A DNA stretch of 64,000 nucleotides, taken from assembly GCA_024704765.1 (NCBI GenBank), contig JAKMXF010000333.1:186001-250000 (forward strand), read 5' to 3'. Of the stretch, positions 45,001-57,000 are shown one piece after another. How positions within the stretch are numbered: position 1 is the stretch's first letter; each line of letters opens with the position of its first letter. The DNA is from Oopsacas minuta (taxonomy: Eukaryota > Animalia > Porifera). The translations under genes and the position numbers were made by a program. The notes beneath the pieces were generated by a model. It was not told the origin of the DNA. It was given only the letters and a program-made list of their open reading frames with translations, and searched no databases.

Positions 45001-48000
45001 TTATTACATTCAGCCTACAGCCAGATGCAATACATTATATCAAACTTACATCATCTCTTAGCATAGCTAGACGTGACCTTAATTTAACTTCAGTTTCTGG
45101 ACTCTTAACTGATTTGGCTGGAAATTTGTATTCTATACTCGCCACTGACTTGCAAGTATCAAACATTGTATCTGACATATCAAGAGTTAGCATTTTGTCC
45201 TGGTCTATTGACCTAACTAGCCAAATAATAAATATTACTTTTAACGATGCCATCGATGTCAATACATTCTACGCACCTGGTATTATCCTTCAAAGTTCCA
45301 ATAAACGATCGGTTGGCGTATTCATAAGCCTGACGGAGGATAGTCAAGCTCTCGATCTTGATATTCTGACTCTGATAGTATCACTTGGAGACGATGTAGC
45401 TCGCATCAGGGACGTGGAAGGACTCATATCTGAAATAGGTGTATTGTATTTAACAGCTGACACAGCTACTGTAAGGGATGTTTATGGAAATAATAATTTA
45501 GGCATTGGAGATAGGTTTGCTCTCCTGGCTAGTCTTGTTAAACTCAACACAAACTCACCTGACTTATTGGAGTTTTCTTTGGATATACAGAATGGTGTGC
45601 TGAATCTTACATTCTCTGATTTTATTGCTGTTGATAGTTTCGATCTATCTGAATTTGTTTTACAATCAAATTCAACTGCTGTTCCAGGACAAATTTATCG
45701 TATTAGAAATGCATTATTGAATCGTGTCCGCCTAGTTGTCATCGCAACATTCTCTGAAAACGATCTTAACCGTCTTAAGTCCGTATTAAATCTAGCCAAG
45801 TCACTCAATTCAACTTATATTTCTCTCTCTACAATTGCTGCTAGAGATATATCAGGCAATTATATTAATGCAATTTTGGATGGTATGGCACTCCAAGCTT
45901 CTAGTTTCTTCCCTGATACTATCTCTCCTGAATTCCTTGGTTTTGATTTGGATCTTGATCGCGGTGTTGTGACCCTTAGCTTTTCAGAAATTATTGATAT
46001 TTCTATTATCAATCTAGATATAATTAATCTACAAAATCAACGAACTTTCTCTTTGTTTGGAGGAATTAAAGAACCACTAACTAACAGTACACTGCTCACC
46101 ACAGTTGCACACATATCATCTACTATAGAACTCCTTCTCCCGGGAACCACTTTAAACAGAATCTTAATGGCTCCAAACATAGCAACTAACCTACTCAATA
46201 CTTATATCATTATTGATCCTTTTGCTATAAGAGACTATATAGGACTCCCAGTACAAGAGATTACTGATGGTGATGCAGCTATAGTTACACTCTTAATACC
46301 ATTCACTGCAGCAACTGAGCTCATTACCTACATTTTGGATATGAGAGATGGATTTCTTACTCTAAATTTTAATTTACCAGTACTAGGAGGTCTAACTGTT
46401 CCCACCAACATTATAATACAGGATAAACCTCTTGCTACATCGGTAGATACACAGTACAGACTGACAGGTGGCATTGTTATCAATAATTCTCTCATTACTC
46501 CTGTATCAAGCGTGTTGATTCAGCTCACTGAGGAAGATGTAAGAAACATTAAATCTCTTCAGACAACTGCTACAGAAGCAGGGAATACTTACCTAATCGC
46601 AGATAATTTTGCTTATAATACAGACAATGAAAGTGTTTCTACGATCAATGATGGAGATGGATTGTTAGCCTTTGGCTATATCCCAGATGATGTTCCTCCT
46701 AACCTTCTAGACTGTTCCATTGACTTGACATCTTCACTTTTGAATCTTACATTTGATGAGGCAGTTAATCCATTTAGCCTTAAGATATCCCTGGTTGGTA
46801 TCTACGCTTTAAATGATACATCAGTTGCTACTCCATCTTACTTCCTTCAAGAGAGTACTGTTCTTGGAGGTGTTGACACCCTTATTCAAGTATTATTTGT
46901 GGATACTGATGTCTCGAATCTCGCCAGAATACCTCTTCTATTCTCTAATGAGAATACAACATTTATCATTTTACTCTCCACTGCAGTAGCAGATACAAGT
47001 GGTAATGTAATTATTGATAGATCTGAGTTATGCGTTCCTAAATTATTTATCAAGGAAACCACCTCTCCAACTTTACTCGCATTCTCCCTGGATTTAGAAG
47101 AAGATATATTGACTCTCACTTTCGATGAGGTAGTTAGTGTCCCTTCAATTCGATTTCCAAGTCTAACAATACAAAATGATCGAACAAATCCTACAGTCGA
47201 ATTTAGCCTCACTTTTGAGAGTACTGTATTAGGTAATAATAACCGTTTCATAACTATCCAACTTATTGGACTTGATGCCAATTCTTTGAAACAAGCTAAC
47301 CTTGCTAATTCAATTACAGATACATTCCTTGCTTTAGAGTCATCATTCATAAACGATGCATTCGGAAACCAAGTAAATATGATTTTGCGATCAAATGCTC
47401 TAGCTGCAACTTCTGTACAGAATGATACTAAAGCTCCTTTACTAGTTGAATGTGAAATTAATCTTTCATTCGGTTATTTACTTTTAGAATTTTCAGAGGC
47501 GATAAATTTGAATACCTTTGATACTGACAAGCTTACTCTTTATTCATCACAGAATAGAAATAACGAATATTCCATTCTTATGGCTACTTTTGTTAATGTC
47601 AGTACAGCTTTCCTAAGACTTGATTTATCACAAGCAGACCTTATCATTCTGAAGAACTTGTCAGCCTTTGGAATAATCGCATCTAACGACACCAACGGAT
47701 TTCTGTCGATAGCGTCTGGCATATCTGATATTGTAGGTTTAGCACTTGAGTCTGTAGTTACACCTAGAGAGTGTATAGTTGTCGCAGATGTTGTAGGTCC
47801 TCGGGTGCTTGCATTTTCACTTGACATGAACACGGGCAACTTTACACTACATTTTGATGAAATTCTATCCACTACCAATCTTAACTTAACCACTATCACG
47901 CTTATAGAGACTCCATCCTCAAATTCTAGATACTTCACTCTTACGAGCACTTCCACTTTCTCTATCAGCAACAATTCTCTTACTATTTATGTCACTCTTT

Positions 48001-51000
48001 CTAATGGAGACCTTGATGGTATCAAAGGCCAGCAAATATGTACAACAGTTGACATATGTTTTCTTGCTAATGAAGAAGGGTTGATATTTGATGAATATGA
48101 TAATCCTACTCCTAGACGTAATTTCGTAGACGCTTTACAAGCATCTGTACTTGGCGTAGACTTTGATAACCCAACATTTGAACAGTTCGTGAGTTTTGAC
48201 CTTAACACTGGAATATTAATTATGTCCTTCTCCGAGAGTATGCTCTCTACCTCAGTAAATTTCAACTCTTTATCTCTAGCTGAAAATATCGGTTTAAATA
48301 ACGAAGTTGTTTTTACCTCTGGTACAGTGTTAGACAGTTCTTCTACTAATCTTGTACTGCAAATCCCATTGGCAACAATTAATCTTATCAAGGATGTCAC
48401 TACTCTTTGCTCATCCACTAGTAATTGTTTTATAAACTTTGATCATACTAGTTTCATTACTGATGTTGCTGGAAACAGAATTGAGGAATTTACAGTTGTT
48501 CTATTTGTTGACGCTGAAAAGTTACAGCCATTGACATTAATTGAGGATCTTTATGGTCCAAATATCACTCGATTTGATTTGGATCTTGAAAATGGGACAT
48601 TATTTCTGAAGTTTGATGAAGTTCTTGCTTTTGGATCACTTGATCCCAGCCAAATAACCATTCAAAGTTCGTTCAACTCAACTCTCAGCTACACTCTTAC
48701 AACACCAAGTTTATCACTAGTTGAACTATTTGATAATTTCTCAGTTCAACTTTTAGATATCGATATTTATCAGCTAAAGAGTACTCCTGGCTTAGCTAAG
48801 AACGAATTAAACACATTCTTAACTCATTCTAATCTGGTAGCAAGAGGGACCGGCCCCTCTCCCGATACTGCAGTAGCTAGGATTAATGGATTAAATTCAC
48901 TACAGGCTAGTTTTGTTCGTCAAGACACCTTTGATCCGGTCCTTATATCCTTTGATTTGTTAGACCTGGATTCTGGCATTATTTTAATACGCTTTTCAGA
49001 GCCAGCCGATCCTACAACCTTAATCCCAGCCCTGTTTTCCCTGCATTCTACATCTACAGGTGGAATAACATACAACTTGACTGGAGGAGTAGCTACTTTT
49101 GATGTCTCCGATACTTTGAGACTTACTTTATCAATTCAATTATCAGGATTTGATATACAAGCTATACAAGGTAATGCTGCTTTGGGAACATCCCTGAGTA
49201 ACACATTTTTGTCTGCTCAAGTCGGTGCTGTTCTAGATTCTTCCAACAACATGCTATCTCCTGTATTGCCTTCATCACCTTTGGCCGTTCTTGATATTAT
49301 ACTAGATACTAGTCCAGCTGTTTTGTATTCATACTCACTGGATATTAATTCTGGGTTTCTCACTCTAACATTCTCTGATGTTGTGATTGCTAGTACACTA
49401 AACGCAGACAGGCTTACTCTTATTAGTACGTCTATTGTTGCAGATTCTAACGCTGAAGAACTAAGGTACAGCCTAACGGGAGGCACCTCAAGTAGCTCTA
49501 ATGGTTACTCAATTGCAATCCGGCTCACTTCAACTGATTTCAATCAGTTGAAATTGAGGCCTGACCTCGCCACTAGTGTAAACAACACATTTTTACTAAT
49601 GTCAGCAGAGATAATAAGCGATGCTAGTAATGTTGGAATCACTGCCATTCTCCAGAATGGACTTCAAGTGACAGAGTTTGTTGATGATTCGATCAGGCCA
49701 TATGTTATTGGTTTCTCTTTTTCTCTGGAAGAGGGTATTCTATCGATATTCTTCACAGAAGTCATGGATATTCGTACCTTCATTCCATCTGGATTCATTC
49801 TTTACAATATGAATTCTACTAGCACTCCCTTCTTCAGTTACACGTTAACTGCTGGCACATCCTCGATTGGAATTCAGCCCACCTATGTCAACATTAGTTT
49901 AAGCCTATTTGACTTGAATGCTTTAAAGCAACAGCAATTATTAAGCACGAATATTAATAATACATTCTTATCCTTATCTGAAGGTGCTCTACTTGATACA
50001 GCAGGAAATCCAGTTTTTGCTTTAGAACCTACACAAGCTAGTGGTTTTAATGTTGATTTTACTGTACCGAATCTCGATAACGTTGTACTTGACCTCAACA
50101 CAGGTTTCCTCCTGCTTGAATTCAGTGAAGCTGTAATACCAGACAATATTACTGAGTTAGTTTCTATTCAAAATACTGAATTAATTACTAATGAAACTTT
50201 CAGGATTGATCTCACTGATTCAATTGTTTCCTCACCAAGCGGATCATCAATCATCACTATTGAGCTATCTCCAGAAGATATCGCTGTTATTAAAACAAAT
50301 ACATCATTAGGATTTCTGGTTTCATCATATATTCGATTCGAACCTGGTATTACTGATTATGCTGGATTATCCTTATCTTTAACTCCCACAAATGTTACGA
50401 TGATTACTATTGGAATAACTCCTATACAAGATACTAATGGACCCCAAATTCGAGAATTTACACTTGATATGGATAGAGGCTTACTAACCATTACTTTCTA
50501 CGAGACTATTGTTTTTGGATCCTTCCGGAAAGATTTGCTAGTCTTAACTAATAACATGAGTTCTCAACTACCCCTTCTAGACAGTCAGGTCATTATTTCT
50601 ACACCCAGGATAGAAGGAGTGCTTTTGTCAAATTCTCTTCTAAACCAGCTAAAGGCTATACCAGATCTTGCTACCTCACTATCCGACACCTATCTCTCAC
50701 ATGTAGCTGGCCTTGCAGTGGATATTCTCGGACAACCTTCGTTCGCTTTAAATACCGACCTTCAGGCAGTTACTTTTATCCCTGATCGTACTTCACCCGT
50801 GCTCATTTCGTTTAGCTTGAATCTTAATGGATCATTAACTTTAGAATTTGATGAAACCATGAACCTAACTAGCATTATGCCTTCTGGGTTTTACCTTGTT
50901 TCAAATACTTCGGATTCTAGATATATATTTACTGATTTTGCAAATGTATCCTCTCAAAACACTACCATCTATATTATTCTATCGAAATCAGATATTGATG

Positions 51001-54000
51001 GTATCAAGGCTTCGGACTTAGCAAAGACCAGTAATACTTATCTGTTTTTGACCGAATTTTCTATTACTGATACCTCAGGTAATGGCCCCAACTCAACTTC
51101 TTCTTTACTAGTAACTAACTTTACTCCTGATTCTGATATACCGATCTTTTTCAGTTTTTCGATTGACATTATTAATGGGGTTCCCTCTTTCCTATTCAAT
51201 TTCAGCGAGCCTATTCAAGCTAACTTAGTTAATTTCTCAGAAATCTCCTTCCTTACTGTCCTAAATTCTTCAACTGTATTCCAACTCACTACTAGTTATG
51301 CCCTCCAAAACTCTAAATCCTTGCAAATTTTACTCAGTGAGACAGACTTACTTGTATTGGAAAGCATCAGAAATACTGGATTTGCTGTCAACGAATCTAA
51401 AACATTATTCGAATTTTCTACATTAGCTTTCCAAGATACATCTGAACATTTTGTTAATGGTAACTTTGGTAACGTTATCCCACCAATTCCTTCGGATCTT
51501 ATCCCACCAAGACTTCAGAGCTTTTCCTTTGACTATGACAAGGGGCAGTTCCTCTTTGTTTTTTCTGAAGAGGTTATTCCTGAGTCGCTAGATTTACGAC
51601 AGCTTACTATCCAGGCATCTGCTAATAGTACGGCTATTTCTTATCGTCCCTCTTATTCGGGGTCTGCTTCTTCCCTCACACTTAACACTATCCTCGCTAC
51701 CTTATCCCAGAATGACATAGATGGTTTCAAAGGTGTTAGTGGTCTAGCTGATTCAGAAAATACCACCTTTGTTTCTAAATTTTCTGGTTTAATACGAGAT
51801 TCAGCAACTATTGCGTCTATATCAATTTCCAGTAGCAATGCTCTGCAAGTAACTTCTTATGAGGGAGACACAACCAGTCCTCTTCTTTTGAGTTTCTCAG
51901 TTAATTTAAACCCTGGCCAACCGATTACACTGATATTTTCTGAGACTATCGATATTTCTTCTCTCATACTTGACCAATTTGTTCTCCAAAGCGATAGCTC
52001 TAATCCTCAATACACGGAAGATTTCTCTGGAGCTGAATTTGTCTTACAAAATGCAGCAATAATTAAATTCTTTTTACCCCTTTCGACTCTTGATAGAATC
52101 AAACGTATTGACGAATTTGCCACTGAAGTAGAAAATACATTCTTGTCAATAGCAGAAGGTGCAGCTGCTGATACCATTGGTAAGATTATTCAATCTGTTA
52201 TACTACCTGCAACATCGGTTGAACGTGATCTCTCACCACCCAATGTGATTACCTTTGATCTCGATATGGTGAGTGCTGAATTGACTCTATACTTCGATGA
52301 AACAGTTGATGCTAGTACTTTAGACCTTACAAAGTTTACGCTCCATGCTGCTAGAATATCCACTTCTTCTAATTTTACGTTTGACCAGGCTATTTCTATT
52401 ACTACTGGTAATACATCCGTAATCCATGTAATCTTAAGTGGGGATCTTGATGGTATTAAATTGAAGCGTCTCTGTAGCAGTAATCTTACTTGTTTCCTAA
52501 CTTATGTTGAAGGGGGAGTCATAGATCTAGGTGGACAAGTAATGCAATCTCTTAATATTACAATGGCTCCAGTTGTCACTAACCTTATTGCTGATATAGT
52601 CGGACCCAAACTTATTCTTTTTAACAGTATTGATCTAAATACTGGTATTATTTCACTTATTTTGGATGAACCGACAGTAGTATCATCGATTGACCTCACT
52701 GCATTCTCTCTGAAGTCACTATTTACTGGCGAGCGGAGTGTTTATTCTCTTCAAGCTAGTACCGTATTATATGTCGATGGAAGAGAAATTTCTTTTGAAC
52801 TTGGAATATCTGATTTACTCACTTTAAAGAGTGATCCCTTTCTTTGCTCTTATAGAGGTAACTGTTATGCTAGCTTCACTAGTGAATTCATCCAAGACTA
52901 TTATGGTAACATCGCAACTTCAGTAACATTAGAGATGCCTGGTTTTCTTGTTCATACGTATATTCAAGACTCGTCACGGCCTATTCTTACTTCTTATTCT
53001 TTGGATTTATCTGACAATTTTCTTAATTTAACTTTCAATGAGCCGATCTCTTTCTCAACCTTTAGATTAGACGGTATTGTATTGCATTCTGCGCCTAATA
53101 CTATCGAATACTTTATTTTCTCATCTAGTATCCCAAGTCAACCTATTTTTAGTTTGATTTCTATCTCTATTTCTGATAAGGACTTCAATCTCTTGAAGAA
53201 CACTACTATAGCACGTTCCTCAGATTCCACCATCCTATCATTATCTTCTTTTACGATCCGAGACAATGCTCTTTTTCCGAACGATGTTCAAGAGATCTTC
53301 CCCAATAGTTCATTCACCCCTAGCTTATTTATCCAGGACACAACCTCCCCTACTGTAGTTGAATTTATAGTAAATCTAAACCAAAATCATATTATCATCA
53401 CATTTTCTGAGACTCTTCTCATAACCACCATTAACCTGGGAGGATTCACCTTGAATAATTTGCAGAACTCTTTTTCACCTGCTAGCCTAAATGGTTCTGC
53501 GATAATTGCTGTAGAACTGAATGATTATTTTATTATTACATTACTCCCCCCTCGTAGTGTTATTATCACTCTCAAAACTTCACCTAGCATTGCAACAAAT
53601 GGATCAAATACTTATCTATCTATTGAAGCTGGATCGTTTTCGGATAATGTGCCCAATCTAAATGATGAATTCAGTCTTGTTATTGCTAGTGATGTTGTAC
53701 AAGATTCAGAGCGTGTAGAGTTGTTGGAATACTCTATTAACATGAATATTGGTATTCTAAGTCTCACTTTCAACGATGTAATTTTAACCGAATCTTTCCA
53801 GCCGGATTCATTTATTCTTCAGGCTAGTTTATCTCGTTCAGAAGGTCCTTACTATCAGCTTACTAGTTCAAGTATTGCTTCTAATCCAGATGGTTATGAA
53901 CTAATTGTTAACCTGAATTCAGATCTACAGGGGATTAAATCGCAAACCGGTCTCATCACTTCAATTAACACCACCTTCCTGACTATGGCTGCTGACGCAA

Positions 54001-57000
54001 TTGATGATTCATTTGGTGTTGACATCATAGCAATAACAGACGGTAGTCCCCTACAAGCCAATGATGTAATTCCTGACTTGTTACCCCCAGTACTTCTTGA
54101 TTTTACTATTGATCTCAGTATTAACCTGATAAATCTCACTTTCTCAGATACTATTCTCCTTTCTAGTGTTAATCTAACTCATATACTTTTGCAATCTCAA
54201 TCAAATCAAACCGTCCTGAATTTGAGTGAAAACTCTTTTGCCCTAACTGGAGGAGATATTATGTTATTTTCGGATGGGACTATTGTTTCTATTTCTCTCC
54301 TTGATGACGATAGCGATATAATTAAATTTATAGGCAATCTAAGTTATTTATCGTTCTCATCAAATTTGTTACGAGATATCTCTTTGAATCGAGTTGTCAG
54401 AGTACTATCTACTTCTGCTCAGGAGGCTAGCCTCATAATTGCAGATATGGTGAGTCCTTCTATTCTTTCCTTCACATTAGATCTCAACACAGGTCGTATT
54501 ATCATTACATTTGATGAAGTTATGCGATTATCAAGCATTGATGGATCTTATCTCATATTACAAACTCACTCAAATTTTTCTGAGTCAACCAATTATGTGA
54601 CAATTGGATCTGGTATTGTAAGATATTACACTCCATCTAGACTTGATCTCAATATTATTAATCTCGATTTCAGGTCTGAAATACTCAACATTATCAAATC
54701 AGATACGAACTTTGGTTTATCACCAGGAAATACCTTTCTTTCTCTAATTGATATATTAGGTATGCAAGGATTTAGTGGAGTAGGTAGGGATTTAGGAGGA
54801 GTTCTTACTCGTTCTATTAATCCTGATTTCGGAATACCTGTATCCAACGTTATTCCTGATATAATACCTCCCACTCTCCAGTCGTTTGTTTTAGATTTAA
54901 ATACTGGTGTTATAAATCTTACATTTTCAGAATCTGTAAACCCTGATACATTTGTTCCTAATGTTCTCAACTTTCAAAGTTCTAAATTGTTTGGTGAAAA
55001 CTCTTCTATGTACTCCCTTACCTCAGGAAATGCTGTTGTCACCAATCATACAACACTGACTGTACAATTAGGATTTTTTGATCTTAATCAAATTAAGAAT
55101 ATTTCTACTCTTGCTATTGACAAGAATTCTACATTTATTACATTTAATTCGTCTCTTTCCAGCGATTACAGCGGAAATCAAGTCGTCGAAATTGTAAACG
55201 GATTTGGTCTCCTGGCCTCTAGTTTTATTTCTGATGAAACTGAACCTGAATTGTTGAGATTTTCCTTGGATTTGAATACTGGTACCTTACGTCTCTACTT
55301 TGATGAAGTTTTGGATATTATATCCATTAACCCACAACTAATCCAACTCCGTAACTCTACTAATGTCTCATCTCAAATTTCTCTCGTGAACTCTACATTC
55401 TTGCAATTATTAACTAATGAATCAGTTGTTCTTATTATTGATATTTATCTGCTTAATGAAGTCAAAGCCTCTCTAATTGGATTGACCCCAAATTCTACGT
55501 TTATCTATCTCGATCCTGGGGCAGTCTCTGACAGAATGTTTAATACTATTCCGGATAGTATCATTTCAACAGCTGTAGTTATTCCCGACACCACTCCTCC
55601 AACTCTCCAATCCTTTTCTTTAAACCTTAATTCAGCTATATTAACTTTAGTTTTTGACGAATCAATATCTTCTAAGTCTGTTAATGTTTCAAGGATAACA
55701 CTTATTAGTTCCCTTAATTCCTCTTTTCCTAATCGCAGTTATACTTTAACATCTATCGATTCTGTTATATCAAATGATGAACAAGTCACTCGTATACAGC
55801 TAAGTGACTTTGATCTAAATGAAATTAAGCTCCGAGACATGCTCGCAACCTCATCTGAAGACACATACCTAGCGATTGAGGAAAATTCTCTCACAGATTT
55901 GAGGAACAATTTTAACCTAGCTGTCACAATATCCATGGCACCAAAAGTATCAATATTTACACCAGACACAATCTCGCCTATTCTCACTTCTTTTGATCTT
56001 GATATGAATTTGGGGATATTAACACTCTTTTTCTCTGAAACAGTTAACTCTTCTACCTTAAATATAACTACGCTTTCTCTACAATCCTCCGTCACCTCTC
56101 CCATTCAGATCGTATCTATTTCAGGCGGTATGTTTTCACCTGAACCTGGTACAAGTATACAATTGTCATTGCTTGAAGATGATGTCAATTTACTGAAATA
56201 CAATGCTAAACTGGCTACAGATAGCCAGAACACTTTTATTTCTACTTTAGAATTTGCTGTCCAGGATATGAATCGCAATCCAATGACCCCTATTTCACAT
56301 AGTGCTGCCCTCAAAGTGACTAATTTTACCTCCGATATAGAACAACCCTCACTTCTGTTTGCTTATTTGGATATGAATAATAGTGCAATTACACTCGGTT
56401 TTTCTGAAACCATCTTGCATACTGATATTTTTCCTTCCATTTTCACTCTCATGGCTACAAATCAACTCATGGTAAATACTACCTCTCACAGATACTCTCT
56501 GACTACTGGTGTTACCTCGCAAATCAACAACACTGTTATACGTATCCAGATAGAACAAACTGACCTGGATATTATTAAGGGCCTATCTATTGTTAATCTC
56601 ACAGGAGGGCCTCCGTTCTTCTCGTTCCCAACTGCATTTGCTTTTGATGCATTCAATAATTCTATAAACTCTATAAATACTTCTTCTGCCAGACAATTTG
56701 ACATATTAATCAGAGACCAAACCAGACCCAAACTTATTAGTTTTGCGTCGCTGAATCTCAATTCTCAAGAAATTGAACTGCTATTTTCAGAAACTATTGA
56801 CCTTAATTCTATTCGTTTTGATGATTTGAGAATGAGTAACTTCTTTGGACCTAGTCCTGGCATTACACTTAGTTTTGTCAACATTACTAATGGATCTATT
56901 CTCTCTACTGGCATTACAAACTCTCTGACCATTTCCATTAGCACTTTTGATATTAATAATATCAAGGCGAATCCTTCAATCTGTTCTCTGAAGAGCAGTT

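Noticed and set aside
54760-54787. Possible micro-intron GTATGC...TAG inside the D147 insert
   Set aside because: Only 24-28 nt long with no polypyrimidine tract. The 28-nt version would shift the frame, and the frame reads open through it.
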